64,000 bases of DNA from Methanobacteriota archaeon (GTDB lineage Archaea; Thermoplasmatota; Poseidoniia; Poseidoniales; Poseidoniaceae): positions 29,228 to 93,227 of the forward strand of contig PBMQ01000007.1 of the NCBI GenBank assembly GCA_002722615.1. The letters are read 5' to 3'. The position numbers and the translations under genes were made by a program. Positions 26,788 to 35,260 of the stretch are shown here, piece by piece. The notes under the pieces are model-generated. The model was not told the origin of the DNA. It saw only the letters and a list, made by a program, of their open reading frames with translations, and did no database searches. The number at the start of each line of letters is the position of its first letter. Position 1 is the stretch's first letter.

Positions 26788-28665
26788 ATGGCCAAAGCCA
26801 AGTTTAGAGGTAGATTTCTTCGGATTCAAACAGGGTTGTGCCTTCTAATTCTGCTTCTAGTTCCTATGCAATCAATGGCTGAACAAAGCGTAGTGCCTGT
26901 ACTTGATTGCTCAGATCAGACTCTCAACCAAGCAGAATCAATGGAATGCAGCATTGATTTGAGTGATTATGTCGGTACTTCAACAATTCGCTATGAATTC
27001 GTTCCAGCTGAATTGAGTACAGCGGAATCCCATTCATCCGTCTTAGCCACAGGAAGTGCACACAGTTGTGCAATCCTTGAAAATGGTTCAGCAATGTGTT
27101 GGGGACTCGATAACTATGGACAGTTGGGCGATGGCGGTGATGCAACGAACCTGAACAAACCAACCACATTCGTTTCACTCAAGGACGGCCAAACAGTAAC
27201 CCAAATTTATGCAAAACAGTCTCGAACCTGTATCATTCTCAATGACAATACTGCAAGTTGTTGGGGATTCAATGAAGACGGGCAAGCCGGTGATGATTCA
27301 ACCAATACGTACAAGTCTCCGAGTGTGAAGGTGCAATTCCCAGATGATAAGCGGGTCAAATCGATGGGAATGGGTCTCAAGCATAATTGCGCAATCTTGG
27401 AAGATGATTCCTTGGCTTGCTGGGGGCTTGATTCGCACGGTGCCTTAGGAAATGGGAATACGGATACAAGCGACAAATACACGCCCCAAACGATTACGAC
27501 TCCATCCGATCGGAGAGTTGTGAAAGTAGAGCCTGGACTTTCGCATACCTGTATACTTCTTGATGATGGAGGCGTGATGTGTTGGGGCAAGGATAACGTT
27601 GGCCAACTTGGCAATGGTGATACAAGCGATACGATTCATACTCCATCTTCAAACGTTGAATTGCCCGAAAACCGGGCAGCGACAGACCTCTCCGTTGGAG
27701 ATCACCACTCATGCGCTCTACTTGATAATGGATCAGTCACGTGCTGGGGTCATAACAATTATGGCCAACTTGGAGAGAATACAACAACAAACCGCCCCAT
27801 TCCAGTTTATGCTCATTTGCCGGCCGGTTCATTAGCGGTATCGATTGCAGTAGGCCCTTACAATACCTGCGCTATTTTGGAAAATAGCAGCTTATACTGT
27901 TGGGGGCACAATCATTACGGCCGCCTTGGAATTGGCGTAAGTGGTGGTATTTACTCCACGCCAATGTTTGTTGAAGAAGCCACGAACATTGTTGAACTGA
28001 GTATAAATTATGATCACACCTGTGGTCTGTCTGAAAATGGGTCGATATCATGCTGGGGTCGCAGTAAATATGGCCCATTAGGAATTGGCCCTACGGGCGA
28101 CCAAAACACGCCTCAATTGGTCGACTACAACATCGCGCCATTTGCTTCCTTGATGGGACCTGCACCTCAAGGTGATTGGGAAGGTGAATCAGACTTACGT
28201 GGTAGAGTCATTGCCTCAGAAAATAATGTTTGGAAGGTTGAGATTAATGCACCTGATTCTGCAGAAATGTCAATGTATAATCTCCAAATAACGTTGCTGA
28301 AAATAGGAGGAATTCGAGAAACAATTGTGGTTGAGAACGCTATTGAAATAATCGAAAGAGATTCAGACGGCGATGGAACAGTGGATTCCCTCGATGCATT
28401 TCCAAATGACTCATCTGAAACAACCGATACTGATGGCGATGGCGTTGGGGATAACACCGATGCATACCCCAATGATGGTGCACGGTCGGAAGAAAAACTG
28501 TCCTTAGATACCAACACAATCTATCTCATTATTGCCGTGTTAGCACCGATTATTCTTCTATCGTTGTTGTTCCTTAGGAAAGAAAAGTATGAGAAAGTAG
28601 AGAAAACGGACGTCGAAAAATCTAGTCGCTGGCGGTTCCCAGGGGGCCCTAAGCAGAAATTCTAA
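26788..28665 (+). CDS. secreted RCC1-repeat (beta-propeller) protein with an Ig-like region, Asp-rich Ca-binding (thrombospondin type 3-like) repeats and a C-terminal TM anchor
   Basis: It has a signal peptide (LLILLLVPMQSMAEQ) and about seven repeats of the CWGxNxxGQLGxG type (e.g. CWGLDNYGQLGDG, CWGHNNYGQLGEN). The Asp-rich stretch DSDGDGTVDSLDAFPNDSSETTDTDGDGVGDNTDAYPND lies at nt ~28361-28478. The TM helix IYLIIAVLAPIILLSLLFL is followed by RKEKYEK. Confidence 0.75.
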   Translation: MAKAKFRGRFLRIQTGLCLLILLLVPMQSMAEQSVVPVLDCSDQTLNQAESMECSIDLSDYVGTSTIRYEFVPAELSTAESHSSVLATGSAHSCAILENGSAMCWGLDNYGQLGDGGDATNLNKPTTFVSLKDGQTVTQIYAKQSRTCIILNDNTASCWGFNEDGQAGDDSTNTYKSPSVKVQFPDDKRVKSMGMGLKHNCAILEDDSLACWGLDSHGALGNGNTDTSDKYTPQTITTPSDRRVVKVEPGLSHTCILLDDGGVMCWGKDNVGQLGNGDTSDTIHTPSSNVELPENRAATDLSVGDHHSCALLDNGSVTCWGHNNYGQLGENTTTNRPIPVYAHLPAGSLAVSIAVGPYNTCAILENSSLYCWGHNHYGRLGIGVSGGIYSTPMFVEEATNIVELSINYDHTCGLSENGSISCWGRSKYGPLGIGPTGDQNTPQLVDYNIAPFASLMGPAPQGDWEGESDLRGRVIASENNVWKVEINAPDSAEMSMYNLQITLLKIGGIRETIVVENAIEIIERDSDGDGTVDSLDAFPNDSSETTDTDGDGVGDNTDAYPNDGARSEEKLSLDTNTIYLIIAVLAPIILLSLLFLRKEKYEKVEKTDVEKSSRWRFPGGPKQKF

Positions 28666-28775
28666 TCGTGCGTGGAAGGTATACACCAGAAGCGTGTTAT
28701 CGTTCTCAACGAAGCGTCGGCTTCATAGGGTAAAGACCGCTGGGTAGGCTAGGAGGCATTCCTCCGGGTGAAAAT

Positions 28776-29573
28776 ATGAGCGAAGAAGGAACCATCACCC
28801 CTGAAGTTCAAATCAGTCAACTAGAGGATGCTTTGGCAACCGAAACGGACCGTTTGAAGAAACTTTTCGCAGCCTATGAGACTCAAGAAAAGGAACTTGT
28901 CGATGCACGAGCAGAAATTGAAGTTCTCGAAAAGGAGATTATCGACAAAGAAATCGAGCGAGAAGCACAAGAGTCCTTGATTGCTGAGAAAGATTTCCGA
29001 ATCCGTGAGCTTGAGATGAAGGCAACCAAGGCTGACAAGCGTGTCGAGCATTTGGAACCCGCTCTTCAAACAATGGAAGAAAAGTATTCTCGTGAGAAGG
29101 ATCGTCTCGGAAAGGTCTTCGGCATTGCAGAGGAACTTGACAATGACTTGAAACTCGCAGTCACAGAAATGAAGGCACGTGACGACTGGTATGTTGCTCA
29201 TATGACTCTCTTCGAAGACCTCAACAAGGCGATTAAGGAACGTTACGAGATGATTGAGCGTGCTGTAGAAGCCGAGCGAGAATCCCAACACATGTCCAGA
29301 GCATTCACTGAACGAATGGATGAGATGGTTGAGGCACGTGCGGCTGAAATGACAGTCGAGGAAACTGAAGCCTCCATCGAAGAAGACGTTGAAGAAGCTG
29401 CAGAAACTGTTGCTGAAACTGTTGACGAAACACCTGCTGATGAAGAAACAGATGACAACTCTCCAGAGGAAGCACCGGTTGAAGAAGTAGGAGAAGAGGC
29501 TTCAGAAGAAGCAACTGAAGCCCCTGCAGATGAAACATGGAACTCTGACGTTGACCCATGGGCAGACAACTGA
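28776..29573 (+). CDS. coiled-coil protein with a strongly acidic disordered C-terminal tail (function unknown)
   Basis: About 190 aa are heptad-like and Glu/Lys/Leu-rich (LEDALATETDRLKKLFAAYETQEKELVDARAEIEVLEKEI...). The tail that follows is rich in Glu, Asp, Thr and Ala and ends WNSDVDPWADN. It has no TM segment and no enzymatic motif. Confidence 0.6.
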   Translation: MSEEGTITPEVQISQLEDALATETDRLKKLFAAYETQEKELVDARAEIEVLEKEIIDKEIEREAQESLIAEKDFRIRELEMKATKADKRVEHLEPALQTMEEKYSREKDRLGKVFGIAEELDNDLKLAVTEMKARDDWYVAHMTLFEDLNKAIKERYEMIERAVEAERESQHMSRAFTERMDEMVEARAAEMTVEETEASIEEDVEEAAETVAETVDETPADEETDDNSPEEAPVEEVGEEASEEATEAPADETWNSDVDPWADN

Positions 29574-29579
29574 GGTGAT
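29572..29579 (+). promoter_or_regulatory. Shine-Dalgarno (GAGGTGAT) for psd (TTG start)
   Basis: GAGGTGAT ends 5 nt before TTG 29585. It directly follows the stop of the upstream gene. Confidence 0.6.
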
Positions 29580-29584
29580 CCATT

Positions 29585-30439
29585 TTGGCTGGTCTCGCCA
29601 GAGGAGGGCATGCCCCTGTAGCAACCTTCACACTCGCAGGTATTGTCATTCTTGTCGGTGGAGCCTATCTTGATCCGTTGAATGGCCTGTTGCCGCTAAT
29701 GGGCGTCCTATGTTTGATGATTGCAGTATTTTTTGCGAACTTTTGGAGAGATCCCGATCGGCCGATTCCGCAAGAATCAGGATTACTCGTCTCACCCGCA
29801 GATGGCCATGTCATGTTTGTTCGCAGAGAACGGGCCAATGGCCGTCGCCCTTCACAAAGTGAGCGTGAAGAGGGCAATATTGAGCACGATGAACTCACTG
29901 GAGATTGGTATCCACAGCCATGCGATGCACCCCTTTCGTTTGAGACGGAGCAGCGTTTCATCCCAGCAGATGCTGATCCGCTTGAGACGGATGTGTGGCG
30001 GGTTGCAATCTTCATGTCGCCTCTTGATGTCCACGTTAATCGAGCCCCTCGCTTGTCCACAATTGTCGCTATGGAGCATCGAACGGGGAAAGGGCGACGG
30101 CGAGGACCATTTGCTCCTGCTTTCAAGAAAGAGAGCGAATACAACGAACGTGTACGTACCGTATTCGAGTCGGATGATGGCGAACGAATCGAAGTCATGC
30201 AGATTTCCGGTGCATTAGCTCGTACGATTGTTCCATGGGCTGGGATAGGAGACACCCTTCGCCGAGGGGAACGATACGGAATGATTCGACTGGGGAGTCG
30301 AGTCGATGTACGCGCTCCCGCTGCTCTGTATGAACCGCAAATCATTTCAGCGGAAGACAATCATCCTCAGCATCCCAAGGGGCAATTTGTGAAGGCTGGC
30401 TCTGATATTATCTTCAAGAGAATTTCAGAAGAGGAGTAA
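29585..30439 (+). CDS. psd: phosphatidylserine (archaetidylserine) decarboxylase proenzyme
   Basis: It has N-terminal TM helices. FWRDPDRPIP...LVSPADGHVMFV, VAIFMSPLDVHVNRAP and GERYGMIRLGSRVDV (self-cleavage LGS-type site) are typical of short-form Psd. Confidence 0.8.
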   Translation: MAGLARGGHAPVATFTLAGIVILVGGAYLDPLNGLLPLMGVLCLMIAVFFANFWRDPDRPIPQESGLLVSPADGHVMFVRRERANGRRPSQSEREEGNIEHDELTGDWYPQPCDAPLSFETEQRFIPADADPLETDVWRVAIFMSPLDVHVNRAPRLSTIVAMEHRTGKGRRRGPFAPAFKKESEYNERVRTVFESDDGERIEVMQISGALARTIVPWAGIGDTLRRGERYGMIRLGSRVDVRAPAALYEPQIISAEDNHPQHPKGQFVKAGSDIIFKRISEEE

Positions 30440-30441
30440 AC

Positions 30442-30448
30442 GAGGTGA
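30442..30448 (+). promoter_or_regulatory. Shine-Dalgarno (GAGGTGA) for the radical-SAM gene (GTG start)
   Basis: GAGGTGA ends 4 nt before GTG 30453. Confidence 0.55.
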
Positions 30449-30452
30449 AATT

Positions 30453-31619
30453 GTGTCCCAGGGTAAAGATGTCACAATTCTTGGAGATGGTTCCAAGAGT
30501 CTCAAGATCCATGATTTGGTCAAAGCACCTGCGAATACGCCTTGGGCAAAGGAGCGCCAACAATCTTGGGACGCATCCTTCCCAGCAACAGTATACTCAA
30601 CACCTGAAATGACAATCACTGGTGAACCCTGTTCAGCAGCTACTGTGATTCTTAGGACCAAAGGATGTCATTGGTGGTGGTCATCAGGTTGTACGTTCTG
30701 TGGATACTTCAATGACACCCGTGATGATGTGACAAGTGAAGATCTGCATGCTCAATGGGAACATGCTAAAGAAAAATTCAACAATTTTGAGGAGCATGCA
30801 ATGGTCAAAGTATACACCTCGGGTTCGTTACTTGAAGATCGAGAAATCCCCGTCGATTTCCAGGAAACAGTTCTGAAGGATTGCTTTGACTTTGGAAAAG
30901 AACTCATCGTCGAGAGCCGAACAGAGCAACTTAAGGAAGAAAAACTTGCATGGGCGACATCAATCAATCCGAATTTCACAGTAGCAATAGGACTTGAAGC
31001 CTATGATGATGAAGTATTACGATTCCACATCAACAAAGGGTTTTCTGCGGCATCGTGGGACAGAGCGGTTGAACGTCTTCAGAAATTTAATCTCAGAGTT
31101 AAGACGTATCTCATGTTCAAACCACCGTTCATGAGTGAAGCCGATGCGCTCGATCACTGCGTCAGATGGATTGAAGCGGTTGCCGAACAGAGTGATGAGA
31201 TTTCAATCAATCCAATGAACATTCAACGAGGAACGGTGATCGATCGATTACATCGTCATCGCGAGTATCGTCCACCTTGGCTCTGGTCATTGGTTGAACT
31301 AATCCAAAAAAGCCATCACATCGTTCATCCAAATGGTGGTGCAAATGGCGATGATGACCAGGTATCTCGATTGATTATCCATCCTACTGCGGGAGGAAAA
31401 ATACGAGGTTCTCACAATTGCGGTGAATGTGATGCTGAGGTTGTTGCTGCAATCGAACGATATGCGGTATCCGGTTCGCTTGATGAATTCCAGGGCTTGG
31501 ATTGCACCTGCAAGAATCGTTGGAGTCAAGAGCTGACAAACGACCGGTGTATTCCAGTTCCACTCGGAACCTCGATGCCTAGACGAGGGTCACTCACCGA
31601 CATCCTTCGCTCACCGTAG
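30453..31619 (+). CDS. radical-SAM-type Fe-S protein of the archaeosine-biosynthesis RaSEA / TIGR01210-like family
   Basis: ILRTKGCHWWWSSGCTFCGY matches my recollection of the family motif (..RT.GC.w....GC.mCGY). The TIM-barrel-like middle region and a late Cys pair (HNCGECD) also fit. The assignment is from memory, not a search. Confidence 0.6.
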   Translation: MSQGKDVTILGDGSKSLKIHDLVKAPANTPWAKERQQSWDASFPATVYSTPEMTITGEPCSAATVILRTKGCHWWWSSGCTFCGYFNDTRDDVTSEDLHAQWEHAKEKFNNFEEHAMVKVYTSGSLLEDREIPVDFQETVLKDCFDFGKELIVESRTEQLKEEKLAWATSINPNFTVAIGLEAYDDEVLRFHINKGFSAASWDRAVERLQKFNLRVKTYLMFKPPFMSEADALDHCVRWIEAVAEQSDEISINPMNIQRGTVIDRLHRHREYRPPWLWSLVELIQKSHHIVHPNGGANGDDDQVSRLIIHPTAGGKIRGSHNCGECDAEVVAAIERYAVSGSLDEFQGLDCTCKNRWSQELTNDRCIPVPLGTSMPRRGSLTDILRSP

Positions 31620-31720
31620 GTAAACGCATTTATCTAGCAGTTTAATGACGCTCTTACTGAATGTTTATCACCGCGCTTCGAGTCGCAGACATGTCCATCT
31701 TGGGCACGTGAGGTCACGTT

Positions 31721-31993
31721 ATGTCGAACAGCACAGAACTCCCAGATGCAGTTATTGGAACTGCAGAGCCATCTTCAAGTCGAATTATTCTAGTACTGAT
31801 ATCAGTCGTTACCATCGGAATGTTTGGTCTGTTTAGCACCATCTTTGGCTGGGATAACATCCCAGTTATCGGCGACATCGTACCATTGATGTCGAACCTT
31901 GGCGGCTCAGGAATTTGGTACTATCTCCTTGGATTCATCATCGCTTTAGGCGCAGTTGTATCCACACTAGCTGGCGAGGTACTCGCAGATTAA
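31721..31993 (+). CDS. small two-TM membrane protein, probably co-transcribed with the following gene
   Basis: This 90-aa protein has two hydrophobic helices (IILVLISVVTIGMFGLFSTIF and WYYLLGFIIALGAVVSTLAG). It ends 10 nt before the next gene, whose SD (AGGTGAT, 31993-31999) lies partly within its stop region. Confidence 0.45.
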   Translation: MSNSTELPDAVIGTAEPSSSRIILVLISVVTIGMFGLFSTIFGWDNIPVIGDIVPLMSNLGGSGIWYYLLGFIIALGAVVSTLAGEVLAD

Positions 31994-31999
31994 GGTGAT
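31993..31999 (+). promoter_or_regulatory. Shine-Dalgarno (AGGTGAT) for the 653-aa membrane/EF-hand gene
   Basis: AGGTGAT ends 4 nt before ATG 32004. Confidence 0.55.
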
Positions 32000-32003
32000 A
32001 TGA

Positions 32004-33965
32004 ATGTATGCAGTATTTATATCACTAATTTTCTTCTTCACCGTTGTTGGATTTGCGACGTTCTATGTTCAACGTGGTATCGGAAACATGGCTGAACCTA
32101 TGCGCCAATTCGGGCTTTTCCTTCTCAACAAAGCCCCTGCAGGAATCGTGGATTTGTTTAACGACGACAAAGGAAGTGGATCCAAGACATGGATGAACCT
32201 CGGTATGATTTGGCTCACCTTTGGTGCTATCGGTACGTTCCTTGCTCTGTGGCATGATTACGACGCAAGCGCTCTTGATTCTCTCGCTAGCATCGGATGG
32301 GAGTACGATGACGGCAGTGCACTCAGCACCTTCGTTGATGTAACACTCCTAACAGGGTTGACATCAATTCTCATCGGCGGCGGCCTTGTGGCAGCCGCTC
32401 GCGCAGGAGCAGGGCGACTCGCCAGTGAAGCCAACGCAAGTTTGACTGGAATTCTGTTTTCTGTGCTAACGATTTCCTCAATGCTTCTGCCAACAATCCT
32501 TGGACTCCTCATCGATTTGACAGAGCCTAATGAAGCACTCATCCGAGATCTGTTCATGCATGCACTTCGTTCCTTCATCATCATCGCTGTGATGATCAAC
32601 GTTCTGCTTACCGTTGCTCAGCGAAAAGGAGAAGTCGTTTCAGCCAGTAACTGGTTCCTTTTCATGGCCCTTGCATCGTTCATCTTTGGATCACAATTCC
32701 GCTTCTTCGGGGAACTTGCAGACTCTACACAAACAGTATGGCTGGGCGAACGAATGTCTCAGTCTTGGACACTGATTGCTCTGATTTTTGCAGTTGCATA
32801 CCACGTCGTGCCACGCGCTGCTAGCCGACCGATTTGGTCGGATTCAATGACCAAGGCAAGCCTACTCCTGTTGTTCTTCACACTTCCTCCATTCATGCTC
32901 TCCTCAGGAGATGCAGGGACGTTATTGGAGAACCTTGGTGCGATTTTGATGACACTTGCTTTGTTACCAATCTTGGCAGGTTCAGTAAACCTTATCCTCA
33001 CATCTTTTAGCAATGCCAGCGGCGTTGTTTCTCGACCTGGTGCTCTTGCAGCAACACTTGCTATGGTTTTCTTCCCATTGTATGCAATTGGAGGTTATTT
33101 TACTTCGCTCGATGTCTTCATTGGCTTGGGAACATTGAATGACATGGCAAACACAGTCGATGTCGGATTTATGTGGACTGTTGGAGGCCTTATGACAGTT
33201 GCTTGCGTAGCAGAATCGTATCCGCTTGCCAGTGGCAGAAAACTCGCCTCCCCTTCCTCAGCGTCACTATCAACAATGATGATTGCCTTTGGCGGTATTA
33301 CCTCTACAGTAGCGAAACTCATGGGTGACTTTACCGAAAAGGCCCTCCTCGACTCTGGAAGCGAAGATGTCGTCATGACAGATGGTGGGTTTAGCCTCAC
33401 TGCAGCAGCACTGTTCTATATTGGTTCAATCGGAGTTATTCTCCTATTCCTTAATCTCATCCGCACTTCAATCGGTGGAATGAAGATTGATACTACCGTT
33501 TCAACTTCCTCAGACATTTCCCGTTACTCAATGCAACGAGGAGAATCCTCAATTCGTAAACTGTTGCAACGCGGCGTTGGTGTTGACACTGTACTCGTTG
33601 TCGGCGTTGATGTTGAGGACGAAGGTGGCATGACCATCATTGACGTGTCATCGACACTTCACAACGATGAAATCGACGAATTCCCGGTTGAGAAAAACGA
33701 ATTGGAGATGTTGTCGGATTACCTTGCAAAGAAGGACATGAGCATCTTTGAATTCTTCCGCTCAATCGATCTTGATGATTCAGGTCTCATCGATGGATAT
33801 GAACTCCAACAAGCGCTTCGAAGTGCAGACATCGCTGACCTACCTCCTTGGGATATTTCAAAACTCATGGAATACATCGATCTTGATGGGGATGGACGAG
33901 TCAACCTTCCAGAACTTGATATTGCCATTGCACGAGTCCGCTCAGGTGCATCAGAAGAAGAGTGA
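32004..33965 (+). CDS. ~13-TM membrane protein with a heme-copper-oxidase-subunit-I-like core (ligand histidines absent) fused to a C-terminal pair of EF-hands
   Basis: I count about 13 hydrophobic helices in aa 1-487. Core blocks WLGERMSQSW...YHVVPRAASRPIWSDSM, LGAILMTLALLPILAGSVNLILT and TVDVGFMWTVGGLMTVACVAESYPLASGRKL (nt ~32736-33239) resemble CcoN/HCO helices VI-X as I recall them. Two canonical EF loops, DLDDSGLIDGYE and DLDGDGRVNLPE, lie at nt 33756-33929. Confidence 0.7.
   Translation: MYAVFISLIFFFTVVGFATFYVQRGIGNMAEPMRQFGLFLLNKAPAGIVDLFNDDKGSGSKTWMNLGMIWLTFGAIGTFLALWHDYDASALDSLASIGWEYDDGSALSTFVDVTLLTGLTSILIGGGLVAAARAGAGRLASEANASLTGILFSVLTISSMLLPTILGLLIDLTEPNEALIRDLFMHALRSFIIIAVMINVLLTVAQRKGEVVSASNWFLFMALASFIFGSQFRFFGELADSTQTVWLGERMSQSWTLIALIFAVAYHVVPRAASRPIWSDSMTKASLLLLFFTLPPFMLSSGDAGTLLENLGAILMTLALLPILAGSVNLILTSFSNASGVVSRPGALAATLAMVFFPLYAIGGYFTSLDVFIGLGTLNDMANTVDVGFMWTVGGLMTVACVAESYPLASGRKLASPSSASLSTMMIAFGGITSTVAKLMGDFTEKALLDSGSEDVVMTDGGFSLTAAALFYIGSIGVILLFLNLIRTSIGGMKIDTTVSTSSDISRYSMQRGESSIRKLLQRGVGVDTVLVVGVDVEDEGGMTIIDVSSTLHNDEIDEFPVEKNELEMLSDYLAKKDMSIFEFFRSIDLDDSGLIDGYELQQALRSADIADLPPWDISKLMEYIDLDGDGRVNLPELDIAIARVRSGASEEE
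33756..33929 (+). other. tandem EF-hand Ca-binding domain (within the 653-aa CDS)
   Basis: FRSIDLDDSGLIDGYELQQAL and MEYIDLDGDGRVNLPELDIAI each fit the 12-residue DxDxDG...E loop flanked by helices. Confidence 0.8.
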
Positions 33966-35257
33966 AGCGAGGCGGTCAAACCGTGCGTATAGGATTGGTT
34001 GGGAAACCAAATGTTGGCAAATCGACCTTCTTTGCTGCTTCAACGTTAATTCCGGTCGATATTGCGAATTATCCGTTCTGTACCATTGAGCCCAACGTTG
34101 GGTTTTCGTTTATACCAAGTCGTCAAACTTGCCCATGTGAAAATTTACGGCAACGTCTTGAGAAAGACGGGAGGGTGCAATTTGGTGATGAACGTGGTGG
34201 CAGTATTTGCTCCCCGCGAACCGGTTCATGTGAAGGTTACAACCGCTATGTTCCTTGTATGCTAGTCGATGTTGCAGGACTTGTTCCAGGGGCTAGTCAA
34301 GGACGTGGACGGGGTAACGCCTTCCTTTCAGACTTAGCTGAGTGCGATGCGTTGATTCAAGTCATTGATGTTGCTGGGACAACAGACGCAGAAGGAAACC
34401 CTACTGGGATCAAAGCAAGCAAGGAGCAAGCCATAGAGCAAGCACTTTCCGAAGTTGAATTTCTTACAGATGAACTCGATGCATGGATTTTGGGTCTTCT
34501 AAAGGAAGGCTGGTCAAGAGGCGCACGACGAATACAAGCAGAAGGTGTCAAAGGATTCACCCAATTCTTACAAGAGCGCCTGTCTGGATTGGGTGCAACG
34601 GATGCAATATGCCAACGCTCATTCGATGCTTTTGCCCAACAACATCAAGACATGACCTCTCCTTGGGATTGGTCGGACTCGGTGTTGACAATTCTTGCCT
34701 CCTCAATTCGGAAAAACTTGTTTCCAATTTTTGTTGCAGGAAACAAAGCGGATCTCGCTCCAGAGGGTGTGCTTGAACATCTACAAAACGTCTTGCCACA
34801 CTTTATTCCATGTTCAGCAGAAACAGAATTAGCACTACGCCAAGCAGGCAAGGCAGGTTTTATCGATTACAGATCAGGCTCCTCCTCATTTGAATTAAAG
34901 GATAAACAGTCGATGAATGATGCACAAAAGAAAGGTCTTGGAGTCCTTGCGGAACGAGTCAAGAAATTGAACGGAACTGGATTGATGAAGTTGCTTGATT
35001 ATGTTCTCTTTGATGAACTCGACCGAATCGTAGTCTATCCTGTTCAAGATGAAAACCAATGGACAGATGGCGACGGTAATGTCCTTCCAGATGCATTTGT
35101 TGTTCAGAATGGAATTCAGGCTAGGCAAGTAGCCTACAAAGTGCATTCCGATTTGGGTGATGGTTTCATCAAGGGAGTTGATGGGCGAACGCGTAGGATT
35201 GTAGGTGCAGAACACGAACTATCCGATGGGGATGTTCTTCGTATTCACTCGAAGTGA
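33962..35257 (+). CDS. OBG/YchF-type P-loop GTPase/ATPase with a C-terminal TGS domain
   Basis: G1 is IGLVGKPNVGKSTFF, G2/G3 are YPFCTIEPNVG and VDVAGLVPGAS, followed by NKADL (G4) and a TGS-like end (...GDVLRIHSK). The track start GTG 33962 overlaps the upstream stop (GTGA). GTG 33983 (MRIGLVGKPN) is an alternative start. Confidence 0.8.
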   Translation: MKRGGQTVRIGLVGKPNVGKSTFFAASTLIPVDIANYPFCTIEPNVGFSFIPSRQTCPCENLRQRLEKDGRVQFGDERGGSICSPRTGSCEGYNRYVPCMLVDVAGLVPGASQGRGRGNAFLSDLAECDALIQVIDVAGTTDAEGNPTGIKASKEQAIEQALSEVEFLTDELDAWILGLLKEGWSRGARRIQAEGVKGFTQFLQERLSGLGATDAICQRSFDAFAQQHQDMTSPWDWSDSVLTILASSIRKNLFPIFVAGNKADLAPEGVLEHLQNVLPHFIPCSAETELALRQAGKAGFIDYRSGSSSFELKDKQSMNDAQKKGLGVLAERVKKLNGTGLMKLLDYVLFDELDRIVVYPVQDENQWTDGDGNVLPDAFVVQNGIQARQVAYKVHSDLGDGFIKGVDGRTRRIVGAEHELSDGDVLRIHSK

Positions 35258-35260
35258 CTC

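Noticed and set aside
29665-30360. 231-aa minus-strand ORF antisense to psd
   Set aside because: Its composition is Ser/Arg/Pro-rich and low-complexity, typical of an antisense frame of a real gene. The plus-strand frame has clear Psd motifs.
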